NCBI GenBank assembly: GCA_020428105.1
Contig: JAGQNK010000001.1
Location: forward strand, 1,830-65,829
Reading direction: 5' to 3'
DNA length: 64,000 nucleotides
From: Candidatus Saccharimonadota bacterium
GTDB taxonomy: Bacteria > Patescibacteriota > Saccharimonadia > Saccharimonadales > JAGQNK01
Numbering within the stretch: position 1 is the first letter of the stretch; every line of letters starts with the position of its first letter. The notes under the pieces were generated by a model. It did no database searches and had not been told where the DNA came from. It saw nothing but the letters and a program-made list of their open reading frames with translations. Both the position numbers and the translations under genes were made by a program. Shown here in pieces: positions 47,063 through 56,106 of the stretch.

Positions 47063-49201
47063 ATGGGAAGCACAATAAACCCATTTGGAAAAGAAATAAC
47101 AACAGTAGAAACAGAGCTTTGTGGCCGCAAGCTGTCGCTAGAAGTTGGCAGGGTTGGGTTTCGATCTTCGTCTTCCGTACTTGTTCGCTATGGCGACACA
47201 GTTGTCTTGGGTACAGCTATGGTTGGTGAGAAAGCTGTTCAGGGGATGGACTATTTCCCGCTAAGTATTGATTATGAAGAAAAAATGTATGCAGCTGGCA
47301 AGATTAGTGGTAGTCGATTTATCAAGCGAGAGGGGCGACCCAGTGATGACGCAGTGCTGATTGGTCGCATTATCGACCGTCCGATTCGTCCGCTGTGGCC
47401 AAAGGGCTATCGTCACGAAGTACAGGGCATTGCTACTGTTCTTAGTATGGATCCGGCTTTTCGACCGGATATGATTGCTATGATTGCAGTCAGCGCGGCT
47501 CTGACACTAACCGGCGCACCATATGATGGTCCAGTGGCTGGTTTGCGTGTTGGTATCAACAAAGACGGTCAATATGAAGCATTTATGTCGGCCGAGGAGC
47601 TGGATAGTGGCAAGCTTGATCTTGTTGTTGCGGCCAAGGAATCCGGCGTGATGATGGTTGAGGCCGGGGCCGATGAGGCTACTGAGGATGAGGTAGCCGG
47701 AGCTATTGAATGGGCTTTTGAGGCCATGCAGCCAGCAATCCAGTTGCAAAAAGAACTAGCCGAAAAGATTGGTGTTACCTCGCAAGAGTATGAACTTTTG
47801 TTACCAGATGAAGAGATTCAGACGGAAGTGGACACATGGCTATCCGGCAAGTTAGGCAAAAATCTGCACAGGCCATATCCTGAACGTAATGCTTTGGTGG
47901 CTGAGTTGCGTGAAGCTTTCCACGAAAATTTTGCCGAACGTTATGAGGAGGATTATGAAGAGAAACGTCGTGAGTTTGACGATGCCTTTACCATGGCTCT
48001 GCACAAGGACGTTCGTACCCAGATTGTTGAAGCGGCAATTCGCCCGGATGGTCGCAAGCTAACAGAGATACGACAGCTGTCGAGTGAGGTTGGCATATTG
48101 CCAAGAACTCACGGATCATCGCTATTTACTCGTGGTGTAACCCAAGCTATGAATGTTGTCACTTTAGCGCCCTTGAGCTATGCACAGATTGTTGACACTA
48201 TGGAACGTGAGGGTGAACGCCGCTACTTACATCACTACAATGCTCCAGGTTGGACAGTTGGCGAGGTTAGGCGTCTTGGCAGCCCTGGTCGCCGCGAAAT
48301 TGGTCATGGTTATTTGGCGGAGCGTGCACTGACTGCTGTGTTGCCAAACGAAGCAGACTTTCCCTATACGATTCGCTCAGTAACAGAGATAATGAGCCAG
48401 AATGGATCAACTTCCATGGCGGCAACCTGCAGTAGCTGTTTGGCTCTTATGGATGCAGGCGTGCCATTGAAGCGTCCTGTTAGCGGCATCGCTATGGGAT
48501 TGATGATGGAGGGTGATAAGCCTTACATCATGAGCGACATTGCTGATGCAGAGGATTTTGCTGGTGACATGGACTTTAAGGTTACCGGTACAACAGAAGG
48601 TATTACGGCTTTACAGATGGATATGAAGGTTCATGGTCTGAGTCCGAATATATTGCGCCAAGCTCTTGCTCAAGCGAAGGAAGGACGTGCATATATTCTG
48701 GACCATATGCTGAGTGTACTGAGTGGGCCGCGCAAAGAGATGAGTCAATATGCGCCACGTGTAGAATCTATCAAGATAAACCCTGATAAGATCCGCGAAG
48801 TGATTGGCAAGGGTGGCGAGACCATCAACAAGATTATTGCCGAAACAGGTGCCGAGATTGATATCAAAGACGACGGAACTGTTGTGATTGCTAGCCCAAA
48901 CAAGACCAGTATTGATGGAGCAATCAAGTACATTCAGTTACTTACAGCTGAGCCAGAAGTCGGTAAAATCTACGAGAACGTACCAGTCGTTAGCGTGATG
49001 GACTTTGGCGCTTTTGTGCAGATTATGCCTGGAAAAGACGGCTTGGTGCACGTTAGCGAGATGAAAGAAGAGCGAGTAAACAAGCCAAGTGACGTCGTTA
49101 AAGAGGGTGACCACGTGACAGTTAAACTCGTCGCAATAGATGACAAGGGTCGTTTACAGCTGAGTATGAAACAGGTCGCTAGGGAGCGGGGGAAGAAGTA
49201 A
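47063..49201 (+). CDS. pnp: Polyribonucleotide nucleotidyltransferase (PNPase)
   Basis: 712 aa with two RNase PH domains, a KH domain (GKGGETINKI) and an S1 domain (DFGAFVQI..GKDGLVHVSE). Confidence 0.97.
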   Translation: MGSTINPFGKEITTVETELCGRKLSLEVGRVGFRSSSSVLVRYGDTVVLGTAMVGEKAVQGMDYFPLSIDYEEKMYAAGKISGSRFIKREGRPSDDAVLIGRIIDRPIRPLWPKGYRHEVQGIATVLSMDPAFRPDMIAMIAVSAALTLTGAPYDGPVAGLRVGINKDGQYEAFMSAEELDSGKLDLVVAAKESGVMMVEAGADEATEDEVAGAIEWAFEAMQPAIQLQKELAEKIGVTSQEYELLLPDEEIQTEVDTWLSGKLGKNLHRPYPERNALVAELREAFHENFAERYEEDYEEKRREFDDAFTMALHKDVRTQIVEAAIRPDGRKLTEIRQLSSEVGILPRTHGSSLFTRGVTQAMNVVTLAPLSYAQIVDTMEREGERRYLHHYNAPGWTVGEVRRLGSPGRREIGHGYLAERALTAVLPNEADFPYTIRSVTEIMSQNGSTSMAATCSSCLALMDAGVPLKRPVSGIAMGLMMEGDKPYIMSDIADAEDFAGDMDFKVTGTTEGITALQMDMKVHGLSPNILRQALAQAKEGRAYILDHMLSVLSGPRKEMSQYAPRVESIKINPDKIREVIGKGGETINKIIAETGAEIDIKDDGTVVIASPNKTSIDGAIKYIQLLTAEPEVGKIYENVPVVSVMDFGAFVQIMPGKDGLVHVSEMKEERVNKPSDVVKEGDHVTVKLVAIDDKGRLQLSMKQVARERGKK

Positions 49202-49205
49202 GACA

Positions 49206-49415
49206 ATGACCACCAAGAAGAGGGTACCAAAACGGAAGAACGCACTATTGTTAGACGGTGGACGCGGTCTCATTGGTGTCGTGCTTGCATATGCTTTTGC
49301 ATCACGCGCCTTTAGTACCGGTAGCTTTTTGCAGTATGGCGTGGCGATTCTGTTTTTGGTACTGGGGGTGAAGCTTCTGGTTCGAGCGCACAAAAGTTAT
49401 GGTAGTAGCAACTAA
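49206..49415 (+). CDS. Small two-TM membrane protein (69 aa)
   Basis: Starts 4 nt after the pnp stop. Basic N-terminus and two hydrophobic helices. Confidence 0.45.
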   Translation: MTTKKRVPKRKNALLLDGGRGLIGVVLAYAFASRAFSTGSFLQYGVAILFLVLGVKLLVRAHKSYGSSN

Positions 49416-49974
49416 ACAACAGCAGCTAGACGAGTTAATGGCTCAAATATTAGTCAATAATCCCTGTCCAGATTTGGCGGCACAGGCTACTCAACTCGTG
49501 TTTGGTGCCGGCAACCCTAATGCCGACGTTGTGTTCATTGGTGAAGCTCCAGGCAAGAATGAGGATATTCAAGGAAGGCCATTTGTTGGCGCGGCCGGAA
49601 GGTTTCTGGATGAGATGCTTGATAGTATAACGCTGTCTCGCGATGATATTTACATTACCAACATCGTCAAGTATCGTCCTCCAGAGAATCGTGACCCATA
49701 TCTAGTAGAGAAGGCAGAATTTTTGCCTTATTTACAGTCCCAGCTGGGAATAATTCAACCCAAAGTTGTAGTGACGCTAGGTCGTCACAGTATGAATTGT
49801 TTCTTGCCGGATCTGCAAATTAGTCAGGTCCATGGTCAGCCGATTCAATCAGAAGGGCGAATTTATTTGCCACTGTATCATCCTGCGGCGGCCTTGTATA
49901 ACGGAGGTATGCGTCAAACTTTGATTGATGATTTTGCGCGTATTCCCAGTATTTTGAACAACATTAAACAATAA
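49399..49974 (+). CDS. Uracil-DNA glycosylase, family 4
   Basis: VFIGEAPGKNEDIQGRPFVGAAGRFL signature. Confidence 0.85.
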   Translation: MVVATKQQQLDELMAQILVNNPCPDLAAQATQLVFGAGNPNADVVFIGEAPGKNEDIQGRPFVGAAGRFLDEMLDSITLSRDDIYITNIVKYRPPENRDPYLVEKAEFLPYLQSQLGIIQPKVVVTLGRHSMNCFLPDLQISQVHGQPIQSEGRIYLPLYHPAAALYNGGMRQTLIDDFARIPSILNNIKQ

Positions 49975-50004
49975 AATTACTCAGAAAGTGAAAGGAAAAA
50001 TTTT

Positions 50005-52128
50005 ATGAACAACAATAAACCAAATAATCAGAACAGACAAAATAGACCAACTGGAAAAGCCAGTGGTAGACGAAACAACACTGGGGCCAATCGACGTCCT
50101 AAGAACCAATCTGTTTCAGCAATTGCGCCAGCTCGTACAGTTAGTCGAGGGGCGGCTATTCGTGCTCAGCGACGAACACATGACGACGCCCAGCGAGTAA
50201 TTGATCAGTATCTAGACACACCAGAAGTGACTGTCGACGAAATGCCCCGACGGGCAAATAGTATTGACGATTCTCCTAGACTGAAAGTTATTGGTCTTGG
50301 CGGCATGGATGGTGGTGGTTCCAAGAACATGATGCTAGTAGAGTATATGAACGATGCGATTGTAATCGATGCTGGCAACGACCTTAGCGTAGACCTGCCG
50401 GGTATCAACTATGGTATCTGTGATGTTAGCTATCTCGAGAGCATCAAACATAAGCTGCGTGGCTATGTAATTACCCACGGTCACCTGGATCATATAGGTG
50501 GGTTGCCGCACATCGTACCGAAATTACCAGCGCCGATTTATGGATCAAACTTCACCATTGGTCGTGTAGAAGAAATTTTTCAGAACTTTGGTTTGCCAAT
50601 GCCCGAAGGCTTTGAGCTCAAAACAGTCATCATGAACGAGGATACTCATGAGCGTCTCAAATTAGGTTCGTTCTTTGTTGAGCTTGTTCGGGTAACACAT
50701 TCTATACCTGGCAGTACCATTGTTGTGGTTGATACTCCTGTCGGGAGAATTATCAATACTGGTGATTTTCGATTAGATCCAAACCCGCTTGATCATGAGC
50801 GAACAGATGTTGAGAGACTTAAGCAGCTTGGTGACGAAGGTGTTCTAGCGTTGTTTAGCGAAAGTACAACCACGGAACGTATGGGCAGAACTCCATCGGA
50901 AAGTACTATCGAACAGAGCTTCGTCGATATTATGGATCAAGCACCCGGGAGAATCTTCATTGGGCTGTTCTCAACCAATATGAACCGAGTACAGATGATT
51001 GTTAACGCTGCCGTACACCATAATAAAAAGGTTGCTATGGATGGGCGCAGTATGGTCAGCACTCTGGAGATGGCGGTTCGCCATGGCTTCATGAAGATTC
51101 CAAAGGGAACTTTTGTACCGATTGCCAGCGTGCCAAATATGAAAGATAGCGAAGTTGTTGTTGTTGCGACTGGCAGTCAAGGCGAGCCAAGTTCTGCCCT
51201 GCAGCGTATGGCTAGCGGCGACCATCGCCATATCAAGCTGAAAGAGCAGGACACTGTCGTACTTTCGAGTACACCTATACCAGAGTCTGGTAATGATTCG
51301 CTCATCGGTCATATGGTAGATGGTTTAACACGCAAGGGTGTGCATGTTTTTGAACATCGTCACCATGAACTAGACGGCATTGGTCCACTGCACGTTTCTG
51401 GCCACGCTAGTCGTGATGAATATGCAGATATGATCAACTACACTCGTCCGAAGTTCTTCGTACCTATATATGGTGCTTATCGCTCCAAGCAACGACACAT
51501 AGACATAGCTATCGAACAAGGTATTCCGCGCAAAGACTGTGTGAACGTAGATAACGGTGAGGTTATTGAGTTTACGGCTGATACAATGCAAACTGGCGGT
51601 AAAGTACCAGTTGGAACGGTACTAGTAGACCAAACCGGTTCAATTGTTAGTAGCGTGGTGATAAAAGATCGTCTCATGCTTGCTGAAGAGGGCTTGGTGG
51701 CTGTGATCCTGACTATCGACAAGAAGTCTGGTAGTCTGATGACCAGCCCCGACATCATTAGCCGAGGATTCATCTACATGAGGGATAGTGAAGAGCTCAT
51801 GAATGCCTTTCGTATTGAGCTGAAGCGGGCAGTACAGCAACGCTTCAAGCGTGTTGATCTGGATCGATTTAAGCAAGAGCTCAAAGAGCACGTAACACAT
51901 TTCTTGTTTGAGTACACTCAGCGTAGCCCAATTGTAATACCGGTAATCAATGTTATTGGCGGCAGTAAGACTGGTGGTAATGCGCAGGGTCAGGCACAGC
52001 CCAAGAGACAGGGTGACAACAAGCCAGCCAAAACTGAGCCAACGCCAGAAGAAATTGCCGCAGAGCAGCAACGAAGGTTCGAGGAAATGCGCGCCAAACT
52101 ACTGGGCCAAGATGCTCGTACTGATTAA
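50005..52128 (+). CDS. rnj: Ribonuclease J with basic N-terminal and C-terminal extensions
   Basis: The HGHLDHIGG metallo-beta-lactamase motif, a beta-CASP layout, and the segment HVSGHASRDE. Confidence 0.9.
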   Translation: MNNNKPNNQNRQNRPTGKASGRRNNTGANRRPKNQSVSAIAPARTVSRGAAIRAQRRTHDDAQRVIDQYLDTPEVTVDEMPRRANSIDDSPRLKVIGLGGMDGGGSKNMMLVEYMNDAIVIDAGNDLSVDLPGINYGICDVSYLESIKHKLRGYVITHGHLDHIGGLPHIVPKLPAPIYGSNFTIGRVEEIFQNFGLPMPEGFELKTVIMNEDTHERLKLGSFFVELVRVTHSIPGSTIVVVDTPVGRIINTGDFRLDPNPLDHERTDVERLKQLGDEGVLALFSESTTTERMGRTPSESTIEQSFVDIMDQAPGRIFIGLFSTNMNRVQMIVNAAVHHNKKVAMDGRSMVSTLEMAVRHGFMKIPKGTFVPIASVPNMKDSEVVVVATGSQGEPSSALQRMASGDHRHIKLKEQDTVVLSSTPIPESGNDSLIGHMVDGLTRKGVHVFEHRHHELDGIGPLHVSGHASRDEYADMINYTRPKFFVPIYGAYRSKQRHIDIAIEQGIPRKDCVNVDNGEVIEFTADTMQTGGKVPVGTVLVDQTGSIVSSVVIKDRLMLAEEGLVAVILTIDKKSGSLMTSPDIISRGFIYMRDSEELMNAFRIELKRAVQQRFKRVDLDRFKQELKEHVTHFLFEYTQRSPIVIPVINVIGGSKTGGNAQGQAQPKRQGDNKPAKTEPTPEEIAAEQQRRFEEMRAKLLGQDARTD

Positions 52129-52206
52129 ATATCGCTATAAGTTGTCGAAATAGGAGTTTAGGTTTATGATTAACTTAAAGTTAGACATAACCGAAAAAGG
52201 CACATC

Positions 52207-53379
52207 ATGGACAATAAACCCGAAGCAACAAACAACAAAAAAGAAGATCAGGATTCCTTAGTTCACCAAAACACACCAGATCAGCAAAACCCGACCAACA
52301 ACCAGTTCTCGACACCCCAGTCTGGTACCACGCCTGTTGTGCCTCAGCCACCGTCAAGCCAGGTTGCCGTAAATACCATCCCTCCAAACAATACAACCGT
52401 GCTACAAGATTCTACACCACCTCAGGTTTCGTCCACCAATAAACCAGAAGGTTCACACAGCGGCGCGGGTTTAGTGGTGTTGCAGTGGCTCACTTATGCA
52501 TTCTGGGGCTGGGCAGTACTAGCGCTGTCCTCGCTTACGGCAGCGATTATAGCAAATTACATTAACAAAGCTGATGTCGGAACATTTACACCGTTTGCCA
52601 TAGCTGCGTTAGTCGTTTTATTGCCAGTAGCTTTTGTTTGCGACTACTTTTATAGTAAAAAAGAGCCAGTCAAAAAAACTGGTGGGGCGACAGCGGTGAT
52701 GCTTATCCATGCAGTAATCTTTGCTTTGTTTGGTGTAGGTGCGTTGATTGCTGCCGTTGTTTCTATATTTATGCTAATTTTAGGTACGGATGACGATTCC
52801 AGAGGTTTGATCACGACATTGTTGTGCGCCTTGATTGTCAGTGCTTATTATGCGGCTGTCTTGGTACGAACGTTAAACCCTTCTCGTTTTCCCGGCTTAT
52901 CAAAGATATTTCGTCTGGGGATGGCAATTACGATAGGTATTATTATTGTACTGGGAATTATTGGTCCTGTTGCGCGAGAGAGATCATTGCGTAACGATAG
53001 ACTTTTAGAGAAGAACCTGGATTTTCTGTCGAGTGCAATCGACAGCTATGCTACTAAAAATGACAAGTTGCCGAATAGCTTAAGTGATTTGAGCAATCCG
53101 GAAGAAGGGGTCAAGAAGCTCATCGATAAGAAGCTCGTAGAATACAAGCCTGAAACAAGTAAATCGAGTAATACTTATGATCGTGATACATTTGGCGGAG
53201 GGTATAAATACAATTCTAGTCGAGAATACTTTACATACGAACTTTGCGTAACTTTCAAGGAAGAGTCCCCTAACTACAGCTCTTATTCGACAAACAACAG
53301 TGAATTCAGCTCATATATAGCTGGCTATAGTCATCCAAAAGGCTATCATTGTTACAAGAAAAAGACTTACGCATACTAG
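52207..53379 (+). CDS. Polytopic membrane protein with disordered N-terminus and pseudopilin-like C-terminal domain
   Basis: Q/P/T-rich N-terminus and about 5-6 TM segments. The C-terminus LDFLSSAIDSYATKNDKLPNSLSDL resembles the GspG/pilin pattern (i..Al..Y....g.yP.sL..L). Confidence 0.5.
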   Translation: MDNKPEATNNKKEDQDSLVHQNTPDQQNPTNNQFSTPQSGTTPVVPQPPSSQVAVNTIPPNNTTVLQDSTPPQVSSTNKPEGSHSGAGLVVLQWLTYAFWGWAVLALSSLTAAIIANYINKADVGTFTPFAIAALVVLLPVAFVCDYFYSKKEPVKKTGGATAVMLIHAVIFALFGVGALIAAVVSIFMLILGTDDDSRGLITTLLCALIVSAYYAAVLVRTLNPSRFPGLSKIFRLGMAITIGIIIVLGIIGPVARERSLRNDRLLEKNLDFLSSAIDSYATKNDKLPNSLSDLSNPEEGVKKLIDKKLVEYKPETSKSSNTYDRDTFGGGYKYNSSREYFTYELCVTFKEESPNYSSYSTNNSEFSSYIAGYSHPKGYHCYKKKTYAY

Positions 53380-53403
53380 CACTCAGACCTTCGCGACTAT
53401 CCC

Positions 53404-53432
53404 TTGACATCAAGGAACAGATACGCTAAACT
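53404..53432 (+). promoter_or_regulatory. Putative transposase promoter (TTGACA, 17 nt spacer, TAAACT) inside a CCTTGA..TCAAGG palindrome
   Basis: ttgaca at 53404-53409, a 17-nt spacer, then taaact, 6 nt upstream of the ATG at 53439. Confidence 0.4.
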
Positions 53433-53438
53433 GTAAGT

Positions 53439-54332
53439 ATGAAAGTTGAACGCTACACCGTAGACACCTTTCATCTGGACTTTCCAGATGACGCTACGTG
53501 TCTTGACTACATGTTCAACCTGGCCTACGGCAATCTCCCGGCCTGCCCTCAATGCGGTGTTACTAAACCTCGTTACTACCGCGTCCGCAACCGCAAATGC
53601 TACGCCTGTAACGACTGCGGCTACCAAATAAGTCCACTAGCTAACACTATATTCCACAAGTCTGAAACACCACTGACTAAATGGTTTTACGCTATCTACC
53701 TATTCAGTGTCGGTAAGAACGGTGTATCAGCTAAAGAATTAGAACGACACTTAGGCGTGACGTATAAGACTGCCTGGCGTATGGCTAAACAAATCCGCCT
53801 GATGATGCAACAAGGCGGTTCGCCACTTACCGGAACGGTTGAGGCTGATGAAACGTATATAGGCGGTAAAACCCGTCGCGATCGTATGTACGACAACAAA
53901 ACAGCCGTTGTCGGTATTGTTGAAAAGCAAAAAGGCACAGGCCAAGTTAAGGCGTTCGCTACCAAACAAGCAGACGCTACTGTAACATTGCCATTTCTGC
54001 GAGCCAGCATAACTCCCGGCTCAACTCTGCACACGGACGACAGCCGTATCTACTCACGTGTTAAGCGCGACTTCTCCCACGAGTTTGTTAATCACAGTAA
54101 GTTAGAATACGTAAAATCTGGCGTACACACCAACACCATTGAAGGCTTTTGGGGTCAGCTTAAGCGGTCACTCGACGGTACGTACCACTGTGTTAGTCCG
54201 AAGTATCTTCAGCTTTACGTGAACGAATTCGTTTACCGGTATAACCACCGGAACGTCGCGGCTTTCCCGGCTTTGATTCAAGCGGCTGCGCGGCCTGTTT
54301 TAACATCTTCTCGAAATCTTCCTTTGCGTTAG
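53439..54332 (+). mobile_element. IS1595-family (ISXO2-like) transposase gene
   Basis: N-terminal zinc ribbon (CPQCG..CNDCGYQISPLANTIFHKSETPLTKWF), then VEADETYIGGK, HTDDSRIY and NTIEGFWGQLKRS..YVNEFVYRYNHRN. A sampled 60-nt stretch is about 57% GC by hand count. Confidence 0.85.
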
Positions 54333-54813
54333 GGTTGCGCTCAGACTCTGGCAGGTTTTTCTCCCACTGCTTGATACTCTTGCGAATTTCATCATTGCTT
54401 TTTGGCATAGTTCAAGTATACCGCACCAATCAAAATCACCTGATGTAGTATGCCGATCGGTTGGAATACTATCTACCGAAACGCCATCTGTTAATTGTCC
54501 TCATTTAAACTCTTTACTATATTGTTACAGTATCAGGGGCATGCAATTCTAATCTTACCCACCGACACCCAATCTATCTAGTTTTACTGTTCTCTATATT
54601 TTTCCTCTTCCTTTTCTCCCTATCTTTTTATATAAATATAAAGGAGAAGATATGAAGCAAGTGATGTATGGCTATGTGTAGATGTGTTGATGTCGGTATA
54701 GTGAGTTATGTTGTTAGGTGTATGAGTGACAATTTAGCTGGTTATGTGAGTAATTGTGGTAATGAGTTGAACATTGGTTTGGTAAATATTGGAGTGAGTT
54801 AGTAGGTAGATGT

Positions 54814-55692
54814 ATGAATGAAGCTAAGGTTAATAAAGGCAGCCAGGTCAAGTACCGCAGACCCCTCAATGCTCAGCAGCTCAAAACCCTACACCTGTTG
54901 TATTGGTACCGCTTTTGCACTGCCAAGCAGCTGGCTCGTTCGCTGGATAAATCCAGTCATAAAGCTATACAAAATAAATTGCAGATACTAGAAGCTCAGG
55001 GACTCATTGGCAAACGCTATGACAGGTCGTACAAGCTGGCTGGTCGTCCAGCAGAGTACTTCATCACCCCCAAGGGTGCACGGGTACTTGAAAAGGCAAA
55101 ACCAGGCACAACCAACCAATGGGCAACCAGAAGCCTGTACAAGAACAAAACGGTCTCAGATGACTTCCTGAGACACTGCATAGCTGTAACTGAAACGTCT
55201 CAGCAGCTCCGCAACCTATACGGAGACAGTAGCAAGCTCCGTAGACTCTCCAAAAGCTACATGGCACAGTACGGCTACTACCCTACTTGGACACCGGATT
55301 TACACCTAGAGATACCAGCAAAAGGTGAAATACCAGCCAGACATTACTTTGTAGATGTTTGGGACAATACCAAACCGTTCTTTGTCAGTGTCAGGAAAAC
55401 CAGGAACTACGTGAACTTCAAAGACAGCGGCGGCAAGGATGGCAATGAATGGCAAGAGAACGAACAGTTCCCGGCAATACTGGCTGTCTGTGAAGATGAA
55501 CGGGCTCAAAAGAAGCTGAACCGGCAGATGAAGCGTATTTTGGACGAGCAGTGGGATGAGGAACTGGTGTTTGGGACTACTACCAGCCAAAGGCTTATGG
55601 AATCCACGAAACCAGCCAACAAGATTTGGAGCAGGATACTTGCAGACGATAGCCCCGAGGTAGTGAGCTTAAGAGGTTTGTTGGTATACTAG
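54814..55692 (+). CDS. Replication-relaxation-family-like protein (N-terminal wHTH)
   Basis: LNAQQLKTLHLLYWYRFCTAKQLARSL...LQILEAQGLIGKRY...YFITPKGARVL wHTH, then TPDLHLE...HYFVDVWDNT, which resembles the PDa...ffvE.D.gt block of this plasmid/ICE family. Confidence 0.5.
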   Translation: MNEAKVNKGSQVKYRRPLNAQQLKTLHLLYWYRFCTAKQLARSLDKSSHKAIQNKLQILEAQGLIGKRYDRSYKLAGRPAEYFITPKGARVLEKAKPGTTNQWATRSLYKNKTVSDDFLRHCIAVTETSQQLRNLYGDSSKLRRLSKSYMAQYGYYPTWTPDLHLEIPAKGEIPARHYFVDVWDNTKPFFVSVRKTRNYVNFKDSGGKDGNEWQENEQFPAILAVCEDERAQKKLNRQMKRILDEQWDEELVFGTTTSQRLMESTKPANKIWSRILADDSPEVVSLRGLLVY

Positions 55693-55700
55693 GTCATATT

Positions 55701-56084
55701 ATGGCAAAATACCGTGTTATTCTTCCAACTCATCTCAAACCATCACCTGCCCGGTATGAACTGACTGCGGCTCAGCTACTTGCTGAATACTTTAAGACCG
55801 ATGTTGAGTTTATTTCGCGCTCCAACCATAAGGCACCGGATTTTATTATTGACGACGTGAAGTGGGAACTTAAGAGCCCGACTGGTACTGGCAAGCGAAA
55901 CATTGAACGCCAACTACAGACTGGCATTAAGCAGTCAAAGAACATTGTGTTTGATGCACGGCGTTCCAAAATACATATCGCTAGAATAAAAAATATCCTT
56001 AACTATCAATTTCGTTTAGCTAAGAGCATTAAGAGAATTGTGCTGATCGATAAAAGCAAAAATGTTATTGAACTAACTAGGTAA
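55701..56084 (+). CDS. Small PD-(D/E)xK nuclease-fold protein (CdiA-CT / polymorphic-toxin nuclease-like)
   Basis: YELTAAQLLAEY..KAPDFIIDDVKWELKSP..IKQSKNIVFDAR..IKRIVLIDKSKNVIEL: a PD...ExK core followed by a Q/K block, as in Bp1026b-type CdiA-CT nuclease domains. Confidence 0.45.
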   Translation: MAKYRVILPTHLKPSPARYELTAAQLLAEYFKTDVEFISRSNHKAPDFIIDDVKWELKSPTGTGKRNIERQLQTGIKQSKNIVFDARRSKIHIARIKNILNYQFRLAKSIKRIVLIDKSKNVIELTR

Positions 56085-56106
56085 GCTGTGCTATACTACA
56101 AGCATT

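Noticed and set aside
53380-54560. Terminal inverted repeats and a target-site duplication for the IS1595 element.
   Set aside because: Comparing 53380-53440 with the reverse complement of 54400-54560 gave only gapped similarity (gatac..tgtaa..tat..aaag). That is too weak to call by eye, so the boundaries are left undetermined.
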